64,000 bases of DNA from positions 18,724,001 through 18,788,000 of the forward strand of contig NC_086108.1 in the NCBI RefSeq assembly GCF_963921235.1, in the 5' to 3' direction. Shown piece after piece: positions 22,355 through 34,773 of this stretch (position 1 is its first letter; every line of letters begins with the position of its first letter). Source of the DNA: Mobula hypostoma (taxonomy: Eukaryota). Position numbers and translations under genes: made by a program. The notes beneath the pieces were generated by a model. That model was not told the DNA's origin and ran no database searches. It worked only from the letters and a program-made list of their open reading frames with translations.

Positions 22355-25300
22355 TCTGTTCTGCAGGTCAAATGTGGGATTTCCAGGAGACTACCAGCCT
22401 CCCCGATGGCCACATCTGCACCAGGTGCATCAAGATATAGCTCTTTAGAGACCGTTTTAGGGAACTGGGGCTGCAGCTCAAAAACTTTCTGCAGTGTGTG
22501 ACGAGAATACACATAAAATTAAGATGTTTGCTGGCCTGGGTTAGCATCAGTGGCATCAGCAGTTGGTCTGCCACCTGTCCCCAGGGGAAGGAGAGATAAG
22601 GAACAATGAAGCAGCATCTGGAGATGTGTAATGAAGGGATGGGAGAGAGAGAGCTGTCTGGAGCGGCTCCCCCCTTTGAACCCTGAACTGTTTGAAGTGA
22701 TGGACAGGCGATACCCCAGCAGGGGGATAAAAAGGGACAGGTTCACTAAGGCAGGACACACACGACACCCGAGGTAACGAGACCCTGGAAGCGGTGCGCC
22801 TCTCACGAGTCGGTGGGAAGTACTGGACCTTAAACGCACAGGGTGGAAAGGTACGATCAGCGGGAACCCGGTGTGTGTCCACCCTCGCTTGGGTGCCGGG
22901 TTCACTGCAGAGGATCGACCGCATCTGGAGGAGGGGTCACAGTCGGTGACCTCAGGTGACATCACAAAGGACCCACCCGGAAAGCTGCTTGTGAGCAATA
23001 TCGCCGGTCTGTGAGTGGAAGCCATTCTGAATGGTCAGTCGTTCTCTCTCTCCCTCCCCCCACGTTGTCCATCGCCATGGCAACGATTACTGCGAACTGA
23101 ACTAAATTGGACTGAACTTTTGTGTCACTTTGAAATTGGTCATTTATCCCTAGACAACGATAGAGCTTGATTGATGCTGTTATCTTAATTCTGTGCACAT
23201 GTGTGTTTATCATTGCTGAACTGTTGCATTTATTATCCTTTCGACTACAGTGTTGCTTGTTTCTTTAATAAAACTTTCTTAGTTCTAGTAATCCAGACTC
23301 CAACTGAGTGATCCATTTCTGCTGGTTTGGCAACCCAGTTACGGGGTACGTAACAAGTGATAGACAGGAGCTACAGGGAGGTAGACACCCCAAGGCTACA
23401 GGAGACAGATAAATGGGTGACTGTCTGGCGAGGGAAGGGGTGACTGTCAGATAGAGGAGAGCACCCCTGTGACCATCCCCTTCAACAATAAGTACTCCAT
23501 TTTGAGTACTGTTAGGGGGAGGGGGGAAGATGGCCTGCTTGTGGGAAGCAACAGCAGCTGTGCCTCTGGCACTGAGTCTGGCCCTGTGTCTCAGAAGGGT
23601 AGGGAACTGAAGAGGATAGCAGCATTAATAGTTGGGGGACAGATAGGCGATTCTGTGGATGCATAAAAGAAGCACAGATGGTAGTTTTCCTGCCAGGTGC
23701 CAGGGTCTACGTTGTTTCTGAACGTGTTCACAATAGCCTGAAATGGAAGGGTGAGCAGCTAGAAGTCATGGTACATTTTGGTACCAACAACATAGGTAGA
23801 AAAAAAGAGGAGGTCCTGAAAACAGAATACAGGGAGTTAGGAAGGAAGCTGAGAAGCAGGACCTCAAGGGTACTAATCTCGGGATTGCTGTCTGTGCCAT
23901 GCGACTGTGAGGATAGAAGTAGAATGAGGTGGCAGATAAACGTATGGCTGGAGAATTGAAACGGGGTCAGGGATTCATATTTCTGGATAATCGAGACCTC
24001 TTCTTGGAGAAGTATGACCTGTACTAAAGAGACAGGTTGCACCTGAATCTAAGGGGGACCAATACTCATACAAACAGGTTTACTAGAGCTGTTGGGAGTG
24101 GTTTTAACTAACATGGCAGGGGGATGGCAACCAGTATGATAGAGCTGAGGCTGGGCCAGTAGGCTTACAAGGAGATGATGGATATAACATGAATGTAAGG
24201 AAGGACAAGCCAATGATTGGGTACAAATGCAGACAGGGCAAAGAGTTAAATTGTACCATGAAGGCAAAATTCAAAAGGGTCAAGAATGCAGGACCGAAGG
24301 TGCTGTATTTAAATGTGCATAACTTTCAAAATAAGGTGGCACAATTAGAGATCAGTATACCACATTGTGGACATACCAAGTTGTGGCTGAAAGAAGGCAT
24401 CAACATGGGACCTTAACATCAAAGGATATACTTTGTATTGAAAGGACAGATAGGAAGGCATAGGTGGTGGTGTGGCTCTGTTGGTAAGAGAGGGAATTAC
24501 ATCTCTAGAATGAGGTGACATAGGGTCAGAGAATGTTGATTCTTTGTGGGTGGAGTTAAGAAACTGCAAGGGTAAAATAAACAATATGAAAATCATATAT
24601 AGGCCTCAAAATAGTAGCCAAGATGTGGGGCTGAGATTGCAAAGGGAGTTGGAAAAGGTATGCAATAAGGTTAATGTCACAATTTTTACGGGGAACTTCA
24701 ATATGCAAGGGGATTGGGAAAATGAGGTTGGTGATGAATTGCAAGGGAGGGAATTTGCCTAGAATAAAGGGAATTATGAGGCATGAGAGAGGAGCTTGCC
24801 CAGGAGGGTAATGGCAGGATGATGGTAGAGCAGAGATGGCTGAAGTTTCTGGGAATAATTCACGAAGTGAAGGATAAATATGTCCCACAGAAGAAGTTGC
24901 TCCTAAATGGCAGGAGCGGGTAACCGTGGCTGTCAAGGGAAGTTAAGGACAGCAAAAGTGAGTGGGAAGTTGGATGATTGAGAAGCTTTTAAAATCCAAC
25001 AAAAGGCAACTAAAAAGCTATAAGAAGGGAAAAGATTAAATATGAGTGCAAACTAGCCAATAATGTAAAGCAGTTGATATTGGACCACTAGAAAATGATG
25101 CTGGTGAGCTAGTAATGGAGGACAAAGAAATGACAGATGAACTTAATGAGCACATTGTATCAGTCTTTACTGTGGAAGACACGAGCAGAGTGCCAGAGGT
25201 CCTTGACTATCAGGGAGCAGAAGTGAGTGCCATTACTATTACCAAGGCAAATATGCTAAGTGAACTCAAAGGTCTTAAGGTGGATAAGTCACCTGGACCA

Positions 25301-25995
25301 GGTGGACTACATCCCAGAGTCCTGAGAGAGGTTGATGAAGAGATAATGGATGCATTGGTCATGATCTTTCAAGAATCACTTGAATCTGGCATGGTCCCTG
25401 AGGATTGGAAAATTGCAAATGTTACTCCACCCTTGAAGAAAGGAGGAAGGCAAAAGAAAGGAAATTATAGGCCTGTTAGTCTAACCTCAGTGGTTAGGAA
25501 AGTGTTGGAGTCTATTATTAAGGATGAGGTTTCGGTGTACTTGGGGACTAATGATAAAGAAGTCAAAGTCAGCATGGTTCCTGTAAAGGGAAATCTTGCC
25601 TGACAAATCTGGTAGAATTATTCGAGGAAGTAAGAAGCAGGGTGGACAAAGCAGTGAATGTCATTTTCTTGGATTTTCAGAAGGCATTTGATAAAGTGCC
25701 ACACAGGAGGCTGCTTATCAAGATTAAATCCTATGGTGTTCTAGGAAAGATACTAATATGGATAGAGGAATGGCTGACAGGCAGGAGGCAGCAAGTGGGA
25801 TTAAAGGGGGCTGGTGACTAGTACTGTTCCTCAGGGTTCAGTATTGGGACTGTTACTTCTCACATTGTTTGTCAATGATGTAGATAGCGGAATTGATAGC
25901 TTTGTGGCAAAGTTTGTGGATCAGCCATGATGGAATGACAGAACAGACTCAATGGGCTGAATGGCCTATTTCTGCTCCTGTGTCTTATGGCGTTA
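22355..25995 (+). mobile_element. Degenerate CR1 sequence: ORF1 (zinc finger + SGNH esterase-like) followed by ORF2
   Basis: HICTRC ORF1 finger at ~22410, interrupted by the solo LTR; LPGARV, VHFGTNNIG; ORF2 VLYLNV, GNFNM, DKSPGPGGLHPRVLRE, NYRPVSLTS. Confidence 0.82.
22497..23355 (+). mobile_element. Solo LTR (859 bp)
   Basis: TGTGACG...CGTAACA termini, 4-bp TSD AGTG (22493-22496, 23356-23359), GATAAAA TATA-like box ~22726, AATAAA at ~23267. Confidence 0.88.
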
Positions 25996-26176
25996 TGATC
26001 CACCTCTGTTGGAATTCTTTGAGGAAAGAAAAGTGAAGACAAAGGAAAGAGTATGTGGATGACCTGGATGTTCAGAAGGCCATTGACACAGTGCTGTACA
26101 TGAGGCTGCTGAACAATATAAGAGCCCGTAGTATTACAGGAAAGATATTAGAATGGATAGAAAATTAGTTGATTAG

Positions 26177-26476
26177 TGTTACAACATCGGTTCTCAGAAA
26201 GTAATACAAAGGACTCAGACCACAACAGTAATTACACACAAAAGGTAGTTATTAAAATAAAGGTAAGGTAAAAGGAAAAGGAGTGATGTGTGGTTTTGGT
26301 AGTGCTGGCTGCAGAATGGGAGAGAGAGAGAGAGAGTGGGAGTGGAGTGGCCGTGGTGTTGTGTTTACGCAGTCCCCAGCAGGTGCCAGCAATAGAAGGG
26401 TAGTCGCAGATGTCCCAGGGAACTGCAACACAGGTTAAAGAGGAAACACAGACCAGGAAATGTACAGGACATATCA
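26177..26476 (-). repeat. 3' LTR of Gmr1-type element
   Basis: TGTTACAAC...GGACATATCA, homologous to 31603-31902. Confidence 0.88.
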
Positions 26477-26504
26477 CCTCACCCTTTGTAGTATTGTAAA
26501 GTGG

Positions 26505-28685
26505 ATGATGCAACCGTGGTGAACAAGAGCCAACATAAAAGCCAAAGAGAGAGCATATAATAGAGCAAAAAATAGTAGAAAGTTAGAGGATTAGGAAGCT
26601 GTTAAAAACCAACAGAAGGCAACTAACAAAGTCATTAAGAAGGTAAAGATGGAATACGCAAGGCTGGAGAAACATAGAAACATAGAAAACATACAGCACA
26701 ATACAGGCCCTTTGGCCTACAATGCTGTGCCGAACATGTACTGACTTAGAAATTACCTAAGGTAAGAAAGGAAACTATATGCCAGTTAGTCTGACCTCAG
26801 TGGTTAGGAAGATGTTGGAATCGATTATTAAGTATGAGGTTTCAGGGTACTTGGAATCACATGATAAATTAGGTCATAGTCAGCATGGTTTTCTCAAGGG
26901 AAAATATTGTCTGTCAAATCTGTTACAATTCTTTGAAGAAATAACAAGCAGGACAGACAATGGAGAATCGGTTGATGTTGTGTACTTGGATTTTCAGACA
27001 GCCTTTAACAAGGTGCCACACATGAGGCTGTTTAACAAACTATGAGTCCATGATATTACAGGAAAGATTCTAGCATGGATAGAGCAATGGCTGATTGGCA
27101 GGAGGCAAAGTCTGGGAATAAAAGAAGCCTTTTCTGACTGGCTACCGGTGACTAGTGGTTTTCCACAGGGGTCTGTGTTGGGACCGATTCTTTTTAATTT
27201 AAATGTTAGTGATTTGATTGATGGAATTGATGGCTTTGTTGCAAATTTGCAGATGATAGGAAGATAGGTGGGGTGGGGGCAGGCAGTTTTGAGAAAGTAA
27301 AGAGGCTACAGAAGGACTTGGGCAGTTTAGGAGAATGGCCAAAGAAATGGCAGATGGAATATAGTGTTGGGAAGTGTATGGTCATGCACTTAGGTGGAAG
27401 AAATGAAAGAGATGACTACTTTCTAAATGAAGGGAAAATACAAAAAAACTATGGTTTAAAGGGACTTGGGAGTCCCTGTGCAGGTTCCCCTAAAGGTTAA
27501 TTTGCAGGTTGAGTCTGTGGTGAGGAAGGCAAATGTAATGTTAGCATTCATTTCAAGAAGACTAGAATATAAAAGCAAGGATACAATATTGAAATTTTAA
27601 AGAGCACTGGTGAGTCCTCACTTGGAGTATTGTGAGCAGATTTGGGCCCCTTATCTGAGAAGGGATGTGCTAAAACTGGAGAGGATTCAAAGGAGATTCA
27701 CAAAAAATGATTCTGAGATTGAATGGTTTGTCATGTGAAGATCGTTTGATTGCTCTGGGCCCATATTCACTGGAATTCAGAAGAACTAGGTGACTTCATT
27801 GAAACCTATCAAATGGTGAAAGACCTTGATAAAGTGGATGTGAAGAGGATGTTTCTTATGGTGGGAAAGTCTAAGACCAGAGGACACAGCCTCAAAATAG
27901 AGATGCATCCTTTTAGAATAGAGATGAGGAAGAATTCCCTTAGCTAGAGAGTGGTGAGTCTGTGTAATTCTTTGCCACAGGCAGCTGTGGAAGCCAAGTG
28001 TTTATAGAAACATAGAAAATAGGTGCAGGAGTAGGCCATTCGGCCCTTTGAGCCTGCACCGCCATTTATTACGATCATGGCTGATCATCCAACTCAGAAC
28101 CCCGCCCCAGCCTTCCCTCCATACCCCCTGATCCCCGTAGACACAAGGGCCATATCTAACTCCCTCTTAAATATAGCCAATGAACTGGCCTCAACTGTTT
28201 TCTGTGGCAGAGAATTCCACAGATTCACCACTCTCTGTGTGAAGAAGTTTTTCCTAATCTCGGTCCTAAAAGGCTTCCCCTTTATCCTCAAACTATGACC
28301 CCTTGTTCTGGACTTCCCCAACATCGGGAACAATCTTCCTGCATCTAGCCTGTCCAATCCCTTTAGGATTTTATACGTTTCAATCAGATCCCCCCTCAAT
28401 CTTCTAAATTCCAATGAGTACAAGCCCAATTCATCCAGTCTTTCTTCATATGAAAGTCCTGCCATCCCAGGAATCAATCTGGTGAACCTTCTTTGTACTC
28501 CCTCTATGGCAATATGTATGTTTAAGGCAGAGGTTGATAGATTCTTGATTGGTCAGGGCGTGAAGGGTTACTGGGAGAAGGCAGGAGACTGAGGCTGAAG
28601 GGAAAATTGAATCAGCCATGATGAATTGACAGAGCAGACTTGATGGGCCACATAGCTGAATTCTGCTACTAGATATTATGGTCCT
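26505..28685 (+). mobile_element. CR1 LINE nested in the Gypsy element (short antisense CR1 tail at ~26665-26762)
   Basis: [40 protein letters not shown]1 3' UTR at 28560-28685. Confidence 0.88.
28005..28511 (-). mobile_element. CR1 family B 3' fragment nested antisense in CR1
   Basis: ORF 28094..28477 almost identical to 5600..6220; (TTTCTATG)n tail; host continuity GCCAAGTGTTTA|TGTATGTTTAAGG. Confidence 0.92.
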
Positions 28686-29473
28686 GATAAAGGTTGCTCT
28701 GGGACAAATTAGAACTGCCCAATGATGCCCACAGTATGTTCAATAACGGATATAGGGTGTATGGAGATGCCAGGTACACTTCCAACCTCGAAAGGGCATC
28801 TGCTAGTGCATTATCCCTTCCACTCAGCAGTGCCTTCTGATCATACCAAGTTTTCATCTTCTCCTGAGCTGTCTTCAGGCTTTCCCTAACCAGCTCACAT
28901 ACCCCACTAAGCCTAAAGCAAAAGTTAGATACGTAATCTAACAAGTTAGTAGGAGAAGGTTCATTTCTCTTTCAATGATTTCAAAGGCCCTCTCAGAGTG
29001 TGGCTGAATATGACCTCAGCTGGACCGAAACTGAGAGATTCCTGAGTCACCTCCCTCACTGTAAAAAGACAAAGGGACATGCCATCACCCCAGTCCCTCT
29101 TAAACTCCTTGTAGTAGGCTCATAGTATTGACTTGCAGGTTTGATGAAATCTTTCAAGCATCCCCTGTGATTCTGGATGGTAAGCAGATGAGGTACAATG
29201 CTGTATAGATAGCTGCTTTAGCACTTGGAAGAAGAGGTGAGATGTATTTGACCCTTGGTCAGACTGGACAACCTTCAGTAAGCCAAATACTATGAAAAAT
29301 TTAGTTAGAGTTTTGGAAATGGCAGAAATTTAATGCAATGGAACAGCTTCAGGAAACCACGTAGCTGTACACATAATGGTCAGCAAATGCTGGTTACCAG
29401 ACTTGGCACGGGGAAGAGGACCAACACAATCAGCTAAAATTCATTCAAAAGGCAGGGATTATATTATATTATA

Positions 29474-29562
29474 CTAGATTAGATTAGATTAATGAAGACA
29501 CGCAGTCCTCGTTTATTGTCATTTATTAAAGCATGCATTAAGAAATGATACATTGTTCCTCC
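29474..29562 (-). mobile_element. 3' stub of the non-autonomous retroposon seen at 55034-55680
   Basis: Reverse complement matches GGAGGAAC..TGTATCATTT.TTAATGCATGC..AATGACAATAAAC; (AATCT)n tail. Confidence 0.65.
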
Positions 29563-30041
29563 ATAGGATGGGATAGGATTAGAGCAGCAACAGGGATCTT
29601 TTGATTAGACTTACCAACAACCTGACGTGACCTACAGTACTGTGCTACATCAGGCCTCACAGCAGGCCAGAAGAAATCCCTATACACCCAACCAAGAGTT
29701 TTCCTAGTGCCTAAATGACCACCAAAGCAATGATCATTAGCCAAACACAATATGTCAGGCCAGTCTCACTAACACGCCATTGCTAAAATAGTCACAGGAG
29801 GACTCTACAATTGCTTCCTGTGAGACCACCTCTTCATACAGAGGAGACAGGGAAGGATACCTTTTCTGTTCAAGCACCAGCTGTTCAAGAGAGGGAAACA
29901 CTTGGCCAAGCCCAGTTAGATCTATGTCACCTTTGGCCATAGGGGTGCCACAGAGGACAATATCAGGGATATTTCTACTTGTTAAGCAAAACACCACCGC
30001 AAACAGTTTCTTTTTCTCTCTGGCAAACTCAACGTATGTTT

Positions 30042-30257
30042 AAAAACACAAACACAAGGAAATCTGCAGATGCTGGAATTTCAAGCAACACACATAAAAG
30101 TTGCTGGCAAACACAGCAGGCCAGGCAGCATCTCCAAGAAGAGGTACAGTCGACGTTTCAGGCCGAGACCCTTCGTCAGGCCAGAAACGTCGACTATACC
30201 TCTTCCTAGAGATGCTGCCTGGCCTGCTGCGTTCACCAGCAACTTTTATGTGCGTTG
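30042..30257. mobile_element. Fold-back Penelope pLTR insert with hammerhead motif
   Basis: Inverted arms ~30085-30158 and ~30185-30258; near-TSD CTCAACGTATGTTT / CTCAATGTA-GTTT. Confidence 0.85.
30148..30183 (-). ncRNA. Hammerhead ribozyme motif (core intact, 5' stem I arm altered)
   Basis: Minus: TGGC CTGACGA AGG-GTCTCGG-CCT GAAAC GTC GACT. Confidence 0.7.
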
Positions 30258-31602
30258 CTCAATGTAGTTTGCTGATCAAACTTACTTTCGCTCCTAAAGC
30301 GCTAGCAGTAAGCCTCAGGAACCAACTTGTAAGATTTCAAGATAGCCACTTTGACCTCATCATAATCTGAGTTCTTTTCAAATCTTAGAGCAGAGTAGGC
30401 TACCTGAGCCTTAACTTTGAAAACACTCTGCAAAAGCGGAGTCCAGACATGTTCAGGCCAATTTGTAGTCACCTGTTCAAAATGAGAGAAATATTTCTCT
30501 ATGTCCTTCTCTGCAAATGGTGGAACTAACAATATGGCTACCTACATCAAATACAGAAGGATCAGACATCGGCCTTCTTAAACTCTAATTCCTTAAGGAA
30601 ATACTCATGTTCTAAATGCAGATGGTGTTCCCTTAACAATTGTTCCTTGTGTCTGTCATCTAACTGTTTCTCTTGCAGTGTCATCTCCTTTAGCCTCAAC
30701 TCAATGGCAGCCTCTGACAAAGGAGTAGGCTTAGGCATTGGGGGTACTGAACTAACCTCAAGAACCCCAGTGTTTATCAACACTTCCCTGATGACAGTTC
30801 TTACACTCCCTTTTAACCGTTTTTAGTGCTAGTAAGCTCAATTTTGTAATGGGGAGCCAGCTGCAAAAGTTGATAATTTGTAAGCAGCTCAAGAAGCTCC
30901 TCAGAGATTCTTTAATGAACTCTTGAAGAGATGCCATATTTAAAAAGCTTTCCTATACCACACTAAAGTACTGACAAAGTAGAGATCAGCACACACATAT
31001 GAATGGGGAGTTTAATACAAAGCAACTCTAACCAAATGACTAAGTGCACACTCAAAGTGTAAAGTGAGTATGGCCATTGAGTACTAATTTAAACAATACA
31101 AAATAAGTGAAAATCAAAAGAAACATACAAATGAGCAATCCTCCAGATACCTGCCTAGCCTTTGCTTTGTCCAACTTATCTTCTGAGGTCAACTGAGCAA
31201 AAGTAAACTTCAGGAAGCATAGGCATTCAGGCTAATGATCATGCAGTACTGAAACACTTACTCCCACCAAAGAACAAGTCACTACTTGGGATAACTTTGA
31301 AAACAATAAAGGAAAAATAATAAAGGAGTAAACTGTAGGAAGAACTGGTTACTCAGTCCAGCTGGAACACTCCCCTAATTTACCGGATTACTCATGCACT
31401 GGTTAACATAACAGCACTCTAACAACCGTGCTCACCCAGCAGCAGTTGTACCAAAAGGGAGATGAATAGCAAAGCAACAATACATCACAAAATAAAGAAA
31501 CAACCAAACAAAAGGCCTGTACACTACAAAAAAATCTAGGGGCAAACACAAATTAGCCCATCCTTTCAAAATTAAAAAAAATGGAGGAGGCCCCCCCCCT
31601 TA

Positions 31603-31902
31603 TGTTACAACCTCAGCTGTCAGGAAGTAACACAATGGAGTCAGACCATAACAGGAATTGCACACAAAAGATATTAAATTAAATTAAAGACATGGTAAAA
31701 GGAAAAGGATGATGTGTGGTGTGGTAGTGCTGGCTGCAGAATAGGAGAGAGAGGGTGGGAATGGGAATGGGAGCGGGAGCGCCCTTGTTTTTCATCAGTC
31801 CCCAGCAGGTGTTGGCAATTGAAAGGTAATTGTAGGTGTCCCAGGGAACTGCAACACAGGTTAATGAGGAAACACAGGCCAGGAAATGTACAGGACGTAC
31901 CA
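31603..31902 (-). repeat. 5' LTR of Gmr1-type element
   Basis: TGTTACAAC...GGACGTACCA, adjacent to the PBS-like sequence. Confidence 0.88.
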
Positions 31903-32044
31903 CTGGCAAGATGGAAAGAGTGGGAATAAAGAGTGTCTTTTCTGGTTAGCTGCCAGTGACTTTTGTGGAGATATTGTTGGAACTACTTCTAATCATATTA
32001 TATGTCAATAACTTGGATGATGGAATCGATGGCTTTGTGTCATG

Positions 32045-32595
32045 AATCTCCTCTTGACCCCCTCCAATGCCAGTACTTTTTTAAAAAATAAAGGGCCTAA
32101 AAGTGCTCACAATACTCCAAGTGTGGTCTGACCAGTGCCTCAGTATCACATCCTTGCTTTTACATTCCAGTATTCCCCAAATGAATGCTAATACAGTATT
32201 ACATTTGCCTTCCTTTCTACTGACTCGAACAACATATTAACCTTTAGGGGAATCCTGCACAAGGACTCCCAAGCCCTTTTGTACCTCTGATTTTGGAATT
32301 TTCTCCCCTTTTTGAAAATAGTACATTCCTTCTACCGAAGTATATGACCCTACTCTATATTCCATCTGCCACTTCTTCGTCCATTCTCCTAATCTGTCTA
32401 TTTTCTTCTGCAGACTCCCTGCTTCCTTAACACTACCTGCCCCTCCATCTGCCTTTGTGTTATTCACAAACTTAGCCACAAAGCCATCAATTCTGTCATC
32501 CAAATCATTGACATATTACATGAAAAGAAGCAGTCCCAACACTGGCAAGTGAGGAAAACCACTGGTTACTGGCAGCCAACCAGAAAAGGTCCCCA
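32045..32595 (-). mobile_element. CR1 RT fragment
   Basis: IDGFVAKFVNNTK...RLGEWTKKWQMEY...LGVLVQDS. Confidence 0.8.
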
Positions 32596-32945
32596 ATTGA
32601 TAGAGGTGCATAAGATAATAAGATGCATTGATAGACTGGACAGGCAGCACCTTTGTCCCAGCATGGAAATGGCTGATATAATGGCGGGTATAATTTTAAG
32701 ATGATTGAAGGAAATTATGGACAGACACCAGAGATAGGTTTCTTATGTAGAGAGTGGTGGGTGCGTGGAATGCATTACCAGGCGTGGTGGTAGAGGCAGA
32801 TATCTTATAGATGAGCACATGGATGAAAAAAGTGAAGATTATATTGGAGGGAAAGATTAGATTGATCTTGCAGTAGATTAAAATGCCAACACAGCATTAT
32901 GGGCCAAAAGGCCTGTACTGTGCTATACTGTTATATGTTCTATGT
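32596..32945 (+). mobile_element. CR1 3' end fragment
   Basis: LIEVHKII...RVVGAWNALP; (TGTTCTA)n tail. Confidence 0.75.
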
Positions 32946-33709
32946 AACAGCTACTTCTCTTCAACTATTCATATTTTAAACCATCTTGCACAACCCTATT
33001 CATTCATAGCAACATCATGACCATTGTGGCCACTTTGCATTACCATGGACTGTTCTCATTGTGTTTTTACTGTATAATTTATTTTTAATTTATGTTTAGC
33101 TTGTGAATGTTATGAACATGTGAAGATACTGCACCTGTGCATACATGTACTTGAGAGTATCACAATAAGCTCTACTTTGACTTAACTTGATTTGACCCTT
33201 TCTCCTGAAATCCTGAATCCCCTATTTGCAAAATACTGGGGCAACACAATCCACTCTATCCAGAGACTCTGTACTTTACCTGTTTCTATACAGGGAAGAA
33301 ATGGTCATGGTCAATAGAGTGAGTTGGGAAGAAAGGTGAATTTGGAAGTTTAACCATGAAGGAGGCATGAATAGAATCATAAGAAGTAGAGAAGAAAGGA
33401 TGGTCTGTCCACTCTATCCATGTCTTCAGTACCATTTCAATAAAAACAGTCCAAACTCAAGGAACAACAGCTCAGCTGATGATTTACTAGTCAATTTACT
33501 GAGGTCAGTACTGAATTCATAATGCCTTGGCAGTGACTTGATTAGCGTCAGCCTTGGCTTAGTGAGTGTTACTTGCACCCCATGTATCCCCATTCTTGTC
33601 TACCTCCATAATTCATCACCTCACAAGAACACAAGAAGAACACTAGAAAATAGGAGCAACTAGATCCTCAAGCCTGATCTACCATTCAATAAGATCATGG
33701 CTGGTTGAA

Positions 33710-34262
33710 ACCCAGTGGCCACTTTATTAGGTACACCTCTACATCTGCTCGTTAATGCATATATCTAATCAGCCAATCATGAGTCAGCAACTCAATGCAT
33801 AAAAGCATGCAGACATGGTTAAGAAGCTCAGCTGTTTTTCCGGCCAAACATCAGAATGGAGAAAAAAATGTGATCTAAGTGACTTTGACCATGGAATGAT
33901 TGTTGGTGCCAGACAGGGTGGTTTGAGTATCTCAGAAACTGCTAATCTCCTAGGTTTCTCATGCTCAACAGTCTCTAGAGTTTACAGAATATCATGCAAA
34001 AAAACACAAAGCATCCAGTGGGCAGCAGTTCTGTGGGTAAAAATGCCTTGTTAATGGCCCGAGGAGAATGGCTAGACTGGTTCAAGCTGACAGCAAGGCA
34101 ACAGTAATTCAAATAACCACGTGTTAAAGCAGTGGTGTGCAGAAGAGCATCTCTGAATGCACAACACAATGAACCTTGTAGTGGCAGCAGATGACCATGA
34201 ACATACAGTCAGTGGCCTCTTTATTCGGTACAGGAGGTACCTAATAACGTGGTCACTGAGTG
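33710..34262 (+). mobile_element. Tc1-type non-autonomous DNA transposon with paired-like HTH remnant
   Basis: TIR CAGTGGCCACTTTATTAGGTAC / GTACCTAATAACGTGGTCACTGAGTG|TA; KKCDLSDFDHGMIVGARQGGLSISETANLLGFS. Confidence 0.85.
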
Positions 34263-34773
34263 TATGCTGCCCTGTGCTTTCCTCTGTGTCAGATCCCCTA
34301 TTCCCTCAATCACCCCTTCTTTCAAAGATGTATCTACCTCAACTCCAGATTAAATACTGGCCATACAGAGGCTCAAGCTTATCACAGATTTCTCTAGGTT
34401 GAATTCTACTTCCTGCTCTGCTGTGAACCTATGTGATCCATTGACATAACCCTGTCACTCAGTGCACTAAAGTTGGTCTGATTGCCAACTTCAATCAGGA
34501 CCTCTCAGTCCAAGTCAAGGACCCGATCACCAGAAAGCTGGAAATTTTCCCCTTAGAAGATGAAAGATGGTTCAATAAAGGAGCTTCCAATTGTTAATTG
34601 ATTTGATTGAACAAAAAACAGAGTGACCATTTCCACAGGCTGAAGACTGGGTAACCAGAGGACGTAGTGGAATCGTGAGCTGGGATGGGTAACAGGGGGA
34701 CATATTCTGCTAATAATTTCTCCAAGAAACTATGTCAAAAATGTTATCGATGACACGTTTGAACTCCAATCTA

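Larger units (their letters stand above)
26177..31902 (-). mobile_element. Gmr1-type Gypsy LTR retrotransposon with both LTRs, protease/RT apparently deleted, multiple nested insertions
   Basis: Direct ~300-bp LTRs at 26177-26476 and 31603-31902. PBS-like TAAGGGGGGGGGCCTCC follows the 5' LTR; PPT-like AAAGGGTGAGG precedes the 3' LTR. Gag (LVPPFAEKDIEKYFSHFEQ...KAQVAYSAL), integrase zinc finger (GGHLGTRKT...FFWP) and core (SAYHPESQGMLERFHQT). The host CR1 RT is continuous across both ends. Confidence 0.88.
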
